Shown: positions 25,278-39,193 of the stretch, piece by piece
Layout: every line of letters begins with the position of its first letter
Numbering within the stretch: position 1 is the stretch's first letter
Assembly (NCBI RefSeq): GCF_006345805.1
Contig: NC_043007.1
Location: 28,148,001-28,212,000 of the forward strand
Reading direction: 5' to 3'
Length of the DNA stretch: 64,000 nt
DNA from: Octopus sinensis
Lineage: Eukaryota
The notes under the pieces: model-generated
The model's database searches: none
The model's input: the letters and a program-made list of their open reading frames with translations, nothing else
Told to the model about the DNA's origin: nothing
Made by a program: the position numbers and the translations under genes

Positions 25278-25989
25278 TACATACATATATACATACATAG
25301 ATACATACATACATACATATATACATATATATATATATTTTCTATTCCTGAGCGTTATACTAATAAATATATTTACACACACGCAAACATACACATATAT
25401 ACCATCAAAATCACATCATACCGGAATCAAGAGAGACGCGGAGTACACTTCGGGTTTATCAAGTTATCCATAACATTTGGACGAGAAAGAAATGAATTTG
25501 CACTACCGAAAGAAATGGCTGTAAATTTATTTGTGCCAACCGACCATCGTTGATGAATTAATCCAGTCAAAAACCATGGCGGAGAAGCTCTCTGTCCAAA
25601 ACGCAATGACCTGCAAAGATGGCCGCAGCAGTGCTCTGTCGGCGGATGTGAATAATGGTGGTACAGAATTAATTTCAACTCTGCTTTGATCCCTGTTTCG
25701 TTATGTCAAAGTGCATTGGACAGAAATATCGATAGATTAAATTAAAAGTCATAGAGAAGGAAAAAAATAATCATTCCCGCATCATTTCGATTTAACTTAA
25801 TACTCACATACGTGCATACACACATACACGCGTACGTACATACGCATGCGCGCACACACTTAGGTGAGCGCGCATGTTTTATCTTTTATTTGTTTCAGTA
25901 ATTGGTTTGTGGCTAGGCAGGGGCACAGCCTGAAGGGGCTAGATCAGAGGTCGACGTTACCCCCTTGGTTTGAAAGGAAGGAAATCATA

Positions 25990-26245
25990 TTTCGTTTTTG
26001 GATTTGGTTTGCAAGATTCTTCATATGAGTCCGTGTGTTGAAGCATGTTCTGTTGTGTCTGGGGAGAGTCATTTTCTTTTTGGGTGACTTATAATGTAAC
26101 ACACTCACCGGTAAAATTTCCACTTTTTTCTTATTTTTATTTATATTTTTATTTTCCTAAAAAATAAGAAAAAAGTGGAAATTTTACCGGTGAGTGTGTT
26201 ACATTACAAGGCCCAAAAAGAAAATGTCTCTCCCCGGACACAACA
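25990..26245. mobile_element. Fold-back insertion with 13-bp flanking direct repeat
   Basis: Perfect 47-bp inverted repeat 26092-26138/26160-26206 within ~90-bp arms; gaaggaaatcata at 25977-25989 and 26246-26258. Confidence 0.7.
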
Positions 26246-26339
26246 GAAGGAAATCATAGATTCTTAGAATTCAAACGTTTTATTGAATCTATTTATATGG
26301 AGAATACAATTGTAAAGTATAAATCTCGAATTAATAAAA

Positions 26340-26806
26340 AATAAATTAAGATCTTCATTATGAAACAAAAGAAATTAATATCCTCATTATGAAATAAATT
26401 GATAGCTCCATTAATTTATTATTAAAATACATTAAGATCCTCATTATGAAACAAAAGGATTTTTCTAGAAACTTTTTCAGTTCAGGTTTTGGAGAAATTA
26501 TGTTGTTTCAGTTTTGTTACAATTACATCAAAATTGGAGCATTTTGATGTCAGAGCAATTTGGATTCAATCTCCGCAGCCAATCAAATACTCTGCTATGT
26601 TTTTATGTTCATGCGAGTCGATAATCCTTGTTCACGAAGGTAGGTTGTTGCAAAAGGCAGCAACTTTTTGACTGCCTCTTCAGGGCCAAAAGAGAAATTT
26701 CTTTCGTAACAAGGACCATTTTTTTAAAAATATAATTTTACTTATGTCTAATGAGTCCTCATTACCCCCCAAGAATTTCATTTTTACCCCGGTTCGCCGA
26801 CTCCTG
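26340..26806 (-). mobile_element. Internally deleted hAT (Buster/Charlie-like) element with transposase C-terminal remnant
   Basis: The minus strand begins CAGGAGTCGGCGAACC. 26669-26482 translates KKLLPFATTYLREQGLST...IQIALTSKCSNFDVIVTKLKQHNFS (hAT C-terminal 'PFATTYLCExGFS' motif, with stops and frameshift). Repeated cattatgaaa motifs lie near 26350-26460. Confidence 0.75.
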
Positions 26807-26837
26807 GTTTACACGAACAAGTCGATCCTAGTACACA

Positions 26838-26881
<44 letters not shown>

Positions 26882-27693
26882 CACATATATATAGAGTTGT
26901 AAATAAATTAATCGCACATATATACACACATACATACACACGCATACCTACAGAACATACATACATACACACAAACACACGCATACATATATACATATAC
27001 ACACATAAACACGCACATATGTATACATATATACACATACATACATGCATACACACATACATACACATTTACACAGAGACACATATAAACACGCACACCT
27101 TCATATATATATATATACATATAGACATACAGACACACACATATACATCCTCCTACACATATATCTTTTACCTTTATCTTTTGCCTTTTGTTTCAGTCAT
27201 CAGACCATCCCTTGGCCGCATGACAACCGGTGTTGGTATGTTTACGTCACCGTATCTCAGCTGTTTGGCAAATGAAACCGATAGAATAAATACTGAGCTT
27301 AAAAACAAACAAACAAACAAAATACTGGGATCGGTTCGTTCAACAAAAATTCTTCAAGGGAGTGCTCCAGCATGGCCGCAATCCAATGACAGAAACAAAT
27401 AATAAAAAAATACAGTTTAAAAAATTCAAGGTACATTTATTTCAGTGTTTTATATAACAAGTATTTTTGAGTTATTATTTAGAAGTTTTGTGATGTTGTT
27501 ATGAGCAAAAATATGGCGGACAAACACAAATCTTGTGTGTATCATTTGAAACGATGTGAAAACTGGTTTCGTTTTACATTGTTTCGCATAACGTCGCACA
27601 CCATCCCAAGAAGCTATCAACAACTTTAAGTGTGAACTGACAGTATTTCTCGATGTCCATATATTACGATCATATATCCAAGACAATGAATAT

Positions 27694-29150
<1,457 letters not shown>

Positions 29151-29811
29151 TGTGTAGGGTCACTCAACTAGTTCATCACTAACTCTCTTCATTTCCCTAT
29201 TGGGCAATAAGACGTGTATTTCTATTTTATATGAATACAGTACGAGACACAAAAGGAGAAAGGCAGATGACGAGAGAGAGAGAGAAAGGAGGAGAGAGAA
29301 AGGGAGAGAGAGAGAGGGAGTGAGAACAGGAGAGAGGAAATGAAATATGGAATCTAGTGAAAGGGAAAAATATGATCACAGTTACACAAACATGTGTAGT
29401 TAAACAAAGATAGATGAATAGATAGAGAAATAGGCAGAGAAACAGATAGATAGATAAACAGATAGGTAGACCGATAGATGGATACATAGATAGATAGGTA
29501 GATAGCTAAAGGTGTGTGTGTGGGGGGGACAGGTGGAGAGATGGCGAGATCTTCGCGTTGCCACTGCATCGGTTGGTTTTCAGTGATTGAAGATTCATTG
29601 CATTAAGCGAATATAATTCGATTTGAAGAACGGAGAAGAATTGGAATTGTCTGTAATATTTTCAAGAATGTTCCGCAACAGCAGTCATACAATCGGACAA
29701 GCTTACCTGGGCAAATACCATGTATCTACATTGACAGCTGCAATAGAATGTATAGGATTAACAGTAGTTCTACTAGGCATACAAAGATGTATAAGTGTGT
29801 GTGTCTATCAC

Positions 29812-30070
29812 AGGCATGGCTGTGTGATAGGAAGCTTGCTTTCCAACCACATGGTTCTTGGTTCAGTCCCGCTGCGTGGCACCTTGAGCAAATATATTCT
29901 ACTATAGCCTCGGGACAATCAGATCCTTGTGAGTGGATTTCGTAGACGGAAACGGAAAGAAACCCGTCGTGTGTGATAGAAGTTTGCTACCCAACCACAT
30001 GGCTCTGGATTCACTCCCGCTGTGTGGCACCTGAGCAAGTATTCTCTATTATAGCCTGAGACCAACCAAA
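29812..30070 (+). mobile_element. Two tandem SINE family A heads/cores
   Basis: ccaaccacatgg...ggcacct(t)gagcaa..tattctact/ctattatagcct occurs twice. Confidence 0.75.
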
Positions 30071-30371
30071 ATTCTTGATTATAAGGAAAAAAAAGATGTC
30101 CCCATGGCACAGACTTCATTTTGAAGTGCTCAAGATATTCAAACAAGAGGCGTTAGATGTAAGAATCGAAATCAGGCAAATCAGGTCCACATATGCATTT
30201 ATATTTTATTCAGCTCTCGACCCAACATGTGTGAATATCGCCTAAAGTATATTCAATACATCAAACATATTAAAAATATTGAGATATATAATAATATATA
30301 GAGTAATTAATACATAAAAATATACACATAAAAGCATATAAATATATAGATATATATACAGTTCTATATTT

Positions 30372-30545
30372 AAGAGATGAGGAATTATGTACATTATTTA
30401 CATATGCTCACAGGCATATGACGTAGTGGTTAAGAGCGCGGGTTACTAACCCCACGATTCCGAGTTCGATTCCAAGCAGTGACCTGAACAACAACAACAA
30501 CAACAACAACAATAACAACAACAACAACAACAACAATAACAATAA

Positions 30546-30607
<62 letters not shown>

Positions 30608-30770
30608 ATAATAATAATAATAACAACATCGAAAAATACCTCAGGAATTAGAACCCAGGTTCGAAACATCCCTAAGACACCTGATGAAGGCTGGAGGGTA
30701 TATCAACCGAAACGTTGTGTTAACAACGAAGAAGATGAGGATAAATATCCGTCAAAAATAAATAATGTAT
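30372..30770 (+). mobile_element. Family D: tRNA-headed SINE-like element with trinucleotide tract and hammerhead-containing Penelope-like tail
   Basis: A box TGACGTAGTGG (30419), B box GAGTTCGATTCC (30462), (AAC)n(CTA)n(AAT)n tract, hammerhead motif 30676-30721, and an 11-bp inverted repeat 30390-30400/30759-30769. Confidence 0.75.
30676..30721 (+). ncRNA. Minimal type I hammerhead ribozyme motif
   Basis: GACAC-CTGATGA-A-GGCTG(loop)CAACC-GAAA-CGTT^GTGTT: stem I 5 bp, stem II 5 bp with one mismatch, palindromic stem III ACGT, predicted cleavage after GUU (30716). Confidence 0.75.
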
Positions 30771-31254
30771 ATAGATATATATATATACACTAAAAACATA
30801 AAGGGGTGTTATTAATCCTATTAATAGGATTAGCTATACCCCGACATTTTCAAAGACTCTTAACTCTTTTTATGACTTCGATTTATAATCTGTAAGTCGA
30901 CCTCGTTTGTATTTATTTTTTAATATATGTATATATATCTATATATTTATATATTTCTATATGTATATTGTTATGTATTGATTATTGTATATATTTTTAT
31001 ATATCTTTATATTACATAAATACTATATATTACATACATACATACATTCGTACATATGTATGCATACACGCACCCCGCCACACGCATGTCGGTATCGTAT
31101 TATTCAGTTTTTTTCAAGATTTTTTGCCAATAAAGAGCCTGTTTCTAACCTAGATCCAAGGCTCCTTCGTTGGAATTTCATCATCAACAACAGTGTATGT
31201 ATGTATGTATGTATGTATAAATGAATGAATGTATGTAGTAAATAAAAAGACGAA

Positions 31255-31367
31255 GAACAAACACGAAGAAAAATCAACAACGCGAGGTCGTGGTACATGA
31301 AAAGTATTAAAGGACGCTCAGGGAAGGAAAGAAGGGGTGTTTTACGTTTCGAGCAAAGCTCTTCTTC
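31255..31367 (-). repeat. GAAGA-type hammerhead family copy, 5'-truncated within the core
   Basis: Minus strand gaagaagagctttgctcgaaacgtaaaacacccc...ttccctgagcgtcc; perfect stem II GAGC/GCTC. Confidence 0.75.
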
Positions 31368-31371
31368 TATT

Positions 31372-31531
31372 TAGGAGTGGCTATGTGGTAAGTAGCTTGC
31401 TTACCAACCACTTGGTTCCGGGTTCAGTCTCACTGTGTAGCACCTTGGGCAAGTGTCTTCTTCTAAATACCTCAGGCCAACCAAAACCTTGTGAGTGGAT
31501 TTTGTTGATGGAAACTGAAAGAAGCCTGTCG

Positions 31532-31562
<31 letters not shown>

Positions 31563-31770
31563 TTATGTTTGTCTGTCTGTTTGTCCCCCATCATCGCTTG
31601 ACAACCGATGCTGGTGTGTTTACGACCCCGTAACATAGCGTTTCAGCAAATGAGACCGATAGAATAAGTACTAAGCTTACAAAGAATAAGTCCTGGGGTC
31701 AATTGGTTCGACTAAAGGCGTTGCTCCAGCATGGCCGCAGTCAAATGACTGAAACAAATAAAATAATAGA
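31372..31770 (+). mobile_element. SINE family A, full length
   Basis: ggagtggctatgtggtaagtagc...gtcaaatgactgaaacaaataaaa. Confidence 0.9.
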
Positions 31771-31887
31771 AGAATAAAAGAATATATATATATATATTCT
31801 TTTATTCTGTTATACGTTTCAGCCTTAAAATCGTGGCCATTCTGGGGCATATATATATTTGTGTGTGTATATATATATATATATAAT

Positions 31888-31990
31888 CCTCCTTCTTTCC
31901 TTCCTTTCCTGAGCGTCCAATAACACTATACTTGTTCCACGTCCTCGCGTTGTTGTGTTTTCTCTTTATGTTTTCATGTTTGGATTAACT
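31888..31990 (+). repeat. Tail-only copy of the GAAGA-type hammerhead family
   Basis: ttccttcctttcctgagcgtccaataacactatacttgttccacgtcctcgcgttgttgtg...tggattaact. Confidence 0.8.
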
Positions 31991-32001
31991 AATACATACA
32001 T

Positions 32002-32045
<44 letters not shown>

Positions 32046-33459
32046 CTACACGCACACATGTATGTGTCTGTTGGTTTGTTAACTGTTGTCGCTTATTGCA
32101 GATGAGCCCTTTTCGAGTAACGCATCCTTAAAATTAAAGAATAAAAGCCGAAGTCGATTGCTGCAGCACGATTCGAACTTGGAACGTAAAAAAGACGCAA
32201 TCGAATATCACGATGTAATTTCTCTTACACTGTCTTCATTCCGCCAACCACCACAACTACCACCACCACAATCTCCATCACCACCACCACCACCACCACC
32301 ACCACCATTACCGCTTCCCTATCAATCTAATAAAGCAGCCATTCTCCATCTCTAAAATAACAGGAACAACAACGCCAACAACAAAAGCGTTGAGGCATGT
32401 TAGTGTTATCTTGTAAAAGCTATGAATTAAAAGTCTTTCAAGTGTAAAATTAAGTTCCTTAAGACAAAATTCCATTGTTAATAGATTGTGTTCTCAAGGA
32501 CATTACAAGCGCGCACATATTTCCCTTCTCTTCCAAGAACGTGAGTCATTGTGATTTAACTTTAAAATAACAGTACCATATCGGGGTTGATTAATATGTA
32601 GACACGCACGTTTTTGTGGCTTCTAGGCTGTAATGACTCTAATCTTATTTCGATGTGTAATTATAGCTTGATCGCTTCACTCTTCATAGAGGAAAAAATG
32701 AATGATTGCAAACAAGACGTGATATTAATAATTCTTAGACTATGAGATCAAACCTGCAACAAGACTTCCAAAGTTACTGGTGGCTCCTAGGCTGAAATTT
32801 TGCTTTAGTGTTCAATTATAGCTCTTTCTGTTCACATTGTGTAGTAAGAAAGAAAAAAAGCTACAAAGGAACGATTTTATAAGACAGCGTACTCATAATT
32901 CCTAGTCTGTGAGATCTAATCCGATACAGGAGCTACGAAGTTTATTCCTGGGACGATTATTTTATATATCCGGTTGTCAGAAATATCTGAGAATGATGAT
33001 TGAGATAGAGCCGTGTCGTCGAAATGATTGTGTGGTTTATGAATATTGTTTTGCAAACATGTGGTTTCTTGGTTCAGTCCCATTGCGTGATACCATGGGC
33101 GAGTTTCTTCTCCTCGAGCTGACTGCTACCTGCTAAGCGAATTTTGCAGTCGGAAACTTCCTAGAAACTCGTGTATACACACACACACACACACACACAA
33201 CAGAACTATTAATGAGGGATTATCAGTCCAGGCAAAATAACTTATAATATACTTTATTTTGTCCTCTTTTTTTTTACTCCGCTTAATTTGGCACTTACAT
33301 ACCCAACATTCGGCCTGCTTCCATCTCCACTCCTACATTTTTGTCGTCAGGCATTTCTTCTCCAGACATGCTTTCCCTCTTAGGTGATGTGAAAAAAGGT
33401 TCACTAAAAGATGCCTGAAGACGCTGTATCGCTGTAGCGATTATGACTAGAAATCAGAA

Positions 33460-33731
33460 TTTCTCTTCTTTTATAAGAGACCGCGGAACGATTTTAATAA
33501 TAGATTCGGCTGACAGCTGTACTCTCCCCAGCTGTGACAGTATCCATTCGGTAGAAACCCACAGGTCCGAGAGACTAGGACACTATACGATTACGTGCAG
33601 AACAGTTTCGTTGTTCTGCCCGCAACGTGGGCACGTAGGCAAAACCCTGATGCCGTTCCTCGTGAGTTTAGCTCGAACTGGCAAGGCACTTCGGAAGCAT
33701 AGCCAAGCCAGGACCTCTGGATGTTGTCCAT
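33460..33731 (-). pseudogene. L1/Tx1-type LINE ORF2 fragment, zf-RVT zinc finger
   Basis: Translates AWLCFRSALPVRAKLTRNGIRVLPTCPRCGQNNETVLHVIV*CPSLSDLW, the CxxC...ET..H....C..W pattern C-terminal to L1-group reverse transcriptases. Confidence 0.85.
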
Positions 33732-33988
33732 AGTTCTTTCGATGTTCATATCAACGGATAAATTGCTACGAGATCGTTGGACCTGCTAGAAAAAGCGGCC
33801 AAATCTCCTTCAAAACACGCCTGAATGTTGTACAAAACACACACTTGATAACCTTGTCCATGGTGCTGCATTTCTCAATTATAAAGACACAGTGGCCATG
33901 GCGTGAATGCTCTTTGATTAGAAATCTCCTCGATAGAAGCAGACCTGGAGTTATACAATAGCAATAACAACAACAACAACAGCAAAGT

Positions 33989-34180
33989 GGAGGCGCAATG
34001 GCCCAGTGGTTAGGGCAGCGGACTCGCGGTCGTAAGAACGCGTTTTCGATTCCCAGACCGGGATTTGTGAGTGTTTACTGGGCAAAAAACACCTAAGCTC
34101 CACGAGGCTCCCGCGGAGAGGGGTGGTGAACCCCGCTGTACTCTTTCACCACAACTTTCTCTCACTTTTCCTTCCTTCTT
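33989..34180 (+). mobile_element. SINE family C, 5' half
   Basis: ggaggcgcaatggcccagtggttagggcagcggactcgcggtcg...ctctttcaccacaactttctctcac. Confidence 0.9.
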
Positions 34181-34501
34181 CTGTCACAAAACAGAAGACC
34201 CATGGTGTAACCCACTATGGTGTGGTAAACTTTCAGACCCTAGTCTAGATTGCGAATCCTCTGTAACCCAAGATGGTTCAGCTCTCCACCCGTTAAAAAC
34301 CACCGTTTACGAAATGAGGATAACAGCGTAGCTTTTGCGTCTGTGCAACCGCCAGTCTATCGCATGTGGTGGGTGGATCTTCAAGTTGCCGCACGCATTC
34401 TTAGTAGCTTAGAGTAGGCTCGAATTAGAGATTATTCTTTGTGGCTAATGGCGTGAGTCGTGATTGGAAGAAGAAGACAACAACAGCAACACCTACTACT
34501 G

Positions 34502-34541
<40 letters not shown>

Positions 34542-35849
34542 AACCGTTGGAACATATTCTATAATAACGTATTGGGAGCAAATCATGCTTGTCGTTATCT
34601 TTCACTTCTCAAGATACGCATGACAGTTGGATTCAAATAAGAAATGTAGTGGAACGGTTCATTTGAGAATCGAACCCGTGTCTCGATATTCGTTCACCGG
34701 GAGGTTTCTTCAACCGTAAAGCCTCCCCAGAACCCCATATATTCATTTAGTGGAGTTAATTGTTGTAACGTACGTCAAGATTTCGCAGCGGTTTTGTCAG
34801 GGGGTAAATTACGCATGAAATTCTAATCGGCATCCTGTATAAAACCTATTTTTAAAAGCAAATGTTTTAGTACAAATAAAAGTATTAGCTTTAATGCAAT
34901 TAAACAAAAAGTAATGGTTGATAGCGGGGGATAAATTTAAATAAAGAGCAGTCATAGAAAAGAAAATAGATCTAATTGCTGGAGACATTTTATTACAGAA
35001 GAAATCGCACATTACTCAAACCAACCGGATTATGTAAGCTTTTGAAGTTTGATTTGAATACGAACAAGTTTCCATTGCAGGAATTTCGCCGTTAAAATCG
35101 GATATTAAAACGAAATATAACCGTAAGACTGCATTACGTCAAAACGTTTGTAAACGATAAAGGCACAAAAGTAATTGTAGTTACTTTTGATGTTAAACTA
35201 CTTGCGTTCGATTAGTCAAAAGGAAAAAAAAGAAAAACGACAACAAATATGGCGTGTATTGAAGACATTATACACTTTTTTTAATTCTTATGTTTTATTA
35301 TTTGTGTTTTTTTTTATTTTTGTTTAACTCCTCTTAGCTTCCGGTTGGTAAAGTCTTGCTTGTTTCATCGGGGGAGATTATGCAGCACGATATTAAATTA
35401 AGTGAATAAACATTAGGATTAGGATTAACACCCCAAAACATCTGCTGGGTATTTTGTAGGAACATTACAGAAAAAAAAAAGATCTCACCAATGTTGCTTT
35501 GCATTAGTAAAAGATTTAACATGTTGGGTTTTTATTTATTTATTTTTTTTTTTTTGGTTTTTTGGTTTTTCTTTTCGGCTCATGCATCCGATATGTTATG
35601 GATGGCATAAAACAAATTGTTTTTTTCCCAAATAAAATTTCACTTTTCGCAAATATTTATCGCACACAAGTTGCAGTGAAGAAAGATGACAGAAGAAAAC
35701 AAACGAACGAACGAACGAACAAACAAACAAAACAAGCAAAACAAATAAACGAGTTCTTTATTTGTCTTCTTCATTTCGAGGTGGAGACGGATTTCAATTC
35801 ACGCAACAACGTATTACCCAGCACGCGAACACAAACTACAAATTCGATG

Positions 35850-35894
<45 letters not shown>

Positions 35895-36021
35895 CGCCCG
35901 CGTTTGTGTGTAGGTGTGTGTGTGTATGTTTGCGTGTGCGTGCGCCCGCGTTTGTGTGTAGGTGTGTGTGTAGGTTCTTCTGCATATCTATATATATTGC
36001 AAGTCTGTACGAATCTAGGAA

Positions 36022-36071
<50 letters not shown>

Positions 36072-36203
36072 TATATATACATTTACATATATATTAAATA
36101 TAAGAGAGTGGTCACTATATGGCTCACTCTAATACATTATATATATACATTTATATATATACACACACACACATATATATATATATCATATATATATATA
36201 ATC

Positions 36204-36237
<34 letters not shown>

Positions 36238-36273
36238 TATATACATTTATATATATATACATATATATACATT

Positions 36274-36304
<31 letters not shown>

Positions 36305-36894
36305 GATTTCTTTCTATCTATCTATTCATCCATCTATCTATTTATCTATCTATCTTATAATACATTATATCTTATATTATATTATAATATAATATATAAT
36401 GTGCGTGTGTATGTGTGTTGATTACATTTTTAAAAACATTGAGCGAATAAGATTCTGTGCATCGTGTCGAAGAGTATAAAACCGTGAAAGCCGGACTAAG
36501 ACAGAACAGTGCACGTTATGTTATCAATAAATTAACATTATGTATGTATGTATGTATGCATGTATGTATGTATGTATGTATGTATGTATGTATGTATGTA
36601 TGTATGTATGTATGTATGTATGTATCTCTCTGTCTGTCTGTCTGTCTGCCTGTCCGTCTGCCTCTCTGTCGAGCGATCGAGTTATCGCTCGCTCGATCCT
36701 TCTGTCTGTGTGCTCCTCCGGTATTTAACGAGCATATAACCCCAACCCACTTACGCTTCTTCCTTTCCCTTGGATAACATCAGTGATGTGGACGTAAACA
36801 ATCTTGCCTGGACTTGTGCCTCGGAGAAACTTTCTAGATGGAATCCCATGGTCATGTATTTATGTATGTAACTTCGGTAACGAGTTCAAGTTTC

Positions 36895-37090
36895 ACAACC
36901 GTAGACGAGAGTGGAGATCCTTTTGAAGCTGAACGACAGAGGAAAGAGGAAGAGAAACGACAAGAAAGAAAATGAAGGCTGCAACAACCAAAGCCTCCAC
37001 CACGGATCCCCTATGAACTTTGCAACAGACGCTTCCATGCAAGAATTGGCCTCATTAGTCATCAGAGGCATAAATACGGACAGGAGGTAA
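36895..37090 (+). pseudogene. RTE-clade LINE C-terminal fragment
   Basis: Translates ...FEAERQRKEEEKRQERK*RLQQPKPPPRIPYELCNRRFHARIGLISHQRHK, matching the RTE C-terminal 'EEKR..RK.R' and 'C.R.F..RIGL.SH.R.H' finger. Confidence 0.8.
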
Positions 37091-37335
37091 TCAAGAATAA
37101 ACCAAATTATTTATCGGACACACGATGAAACGCCGCCGACGACGACGATGTATGTATGTATGTATGTATGTAAGGTATGTATGTATGTATGTAAGGTATG
37201 TATGTATGTATGCATGTATTATATATATGTAGATATTTAAAAAAAATAGCAAGCATTTCAAAGTGTAGCCACATGTGAATCGTTGGCGATTTTTCCCCTC
37301 CGTCTTCCTTTTCTATTGGGCTTTCTTCCACCTTC

Positions 37336-37372
37336 TGTTTTTGAAGAAGAGCTTTACTCGAAACGTAAAACA
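37336..37372 (+). ncRNA. Minimal type I hammerhead motif (GAAGA family) with C3-to-U change
   Basis: TGTTT-TTGAAGA-A-GAG(ctttA)CTC-GAAA-CGTA^AAACA: perfect 5-bp stem I and palindromic ACGT stem III. Confidence 0.6.
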
Positions 37373-37506
37373 CCCTTTTTTTTCCTTCCCTGAGCGTCTG
37401 CTAATACTTTACATGTACCGCGTCCTCGCGTTGCTTTGTTTTGTTCTTCGTTTTTTTTTTTCGGATTTACTACTTTAAAAATATATGCATATATATTACA
37501 TATAAC

Positions 37507-37550
37507 GGCGGTGCATCAGTATGGCCGCAGCTCTGAGCTGAAACTAGAGA
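37507..37550 (+). repeat. Orphan LINE 3' tail
   Basis: ggcggtgcatcagtatggccgcagctctgagctgaaactaga versus the LINE tail ggcggtgtcccagcatgcccacagctcataagctgaaactaga. Confidence 0.75.
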
Positions 37551-38561
37551 TAAAAAAAATATATATACATATGCAAAGTAGCTACTAACGACAGAACCAG
37601 CACATAGAACTCAACTTGGATGTATTGTTTTTATTGCTTTCGAATGCTGTAAATTTCCCGAAAAATCATTTCATATTGACGACACATGCTGAAAATCATT
37701 GAAATTCTATTATCAGTTGATAAAATTCCAGTCAGTAAACTGGCGCATGGTACTACCGAATTACATGATTTCACCGTATCGCATATCGTCAGTGGCAGCC
37801 AGCCAAGCCGAATGCCAGACAGAAAACCAATCAGATCGATGTAAAATAATGCTGGCCAAGTAGTATTAGTGAAAGTAACAGCTGTCTCCCAGGCCATTAC
37901 AAATCAGCGTTCAAATACAACCAAAGATACATCTTGTTTGCTCATCCTTTGCTCAGATGTTTGAATTACGTGTCCGGAGACTAATGGCGAAATGGTGACG
38001 AAGCTGATATCAAATCGCTGCATTATGACTCTCTGACTCGCTGTAAAGGAGAAAGACCATTATTGGCTTAGAGTCGGTCACTATATCTTTTCCAGTATTG
38101 AGTGCAGCTAAGGATGGTAAATATCTTATGTTACAATGGTATACTCGGGTTTAAGTAGATTAATTTTATTCGCCCATATTTCACTGGCAGAATACATAGC
38201 CTTAGGCCTAGTTTGAAGAAAAAAGAAAACACAAATTTCTTGATTAAATGTCTTGGGCAAAATCGTTTCCAGCCATATCCTTCACAATGTCCAACATTGT
38301 CTTAATAGTAATTTACCGATAATTGGGTAATTACTTTTACACCTTGCTCTTTCCCATCCCTTTCGCCCCCTTTAGTAACCCTCATCGCACCATCCTCCAT
38401 TTCTTTAGTTCCTTTCCTAATTACCTCCCCCACCTCTCACTCCTGTATCCATTTTCAAAACACGCAAACGACCCCCTCGTTTTAATTAATCTCTGTTAGA
38501 TATGAACGGCCAACATTTTTAGCGGCGTTAATTACACCGATGGTTTCGTTTATTCTCTGCC

Positions 38562-38965
38562 AATATTGCTCTCTCTCTCCCTCTCTCTCCCCCTCTCTCC
38601 GTCTCTCTCCCTCTTTCTCCCCCTCGCTCTCTCCCTCTCTCTTCCTCTCTCTCTATCTCTCTCCCTCTCTCTCTCCCTCTCTCTTTCCCTCTCTCTCCCT
38701 CTCCCTCTCCATATCTTTCTCACCCTCTCTCTCCCTATCTCTCTCCCTCCTTCTCCCTCTCTCTCACCTTCTCCCTCTCTCTCTCCCTCCTCCTCCCTCT
38801 CTCTCCCTCTCCTCTCCCTCTCTCTCAACTCTCCGCTCTCCCCTCTCTCTCCCTCTCTCCCCTCTCTCTCCCTCTCTCCTCTCCCTCTCTCTCCCTCTCT
38901 CCCTCTCTCCCTCTCTCTCTCCCTCTCTCTCACCTTCTCCCTCTCTCTCCCTCTCCCCCTCTCTC
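38562..38965. repeat. (CT)n-rich polypyrimidine tract
   Basis: Direct reading of the sequence. Confidence 0.95.
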
Positions 38966-39193
38966 GTCATTCTCCTCTCCGTCACCACAGCTAACACCAC
39001 CACCGCTCCTACAACATCACCATTGTCGTTATCCATCATGTTCAGCCAACACCAAATTCAATACAGACGCCATTCCTCTTACTCCCTCCAACACCGCACA
39101 CAACTCTAACACTGCAGCTTTTACTCGAGCATCATCACCGCCAACACCACTCCCCCCACCAGAATTACATGCATACACCATATACACCATATA

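Noticed and set aside
35560-36392. 276-aa ORF, the longest in the window
   Set aside because: More than half is TG/TA microsatellite and the unique part has no recognisable motif.
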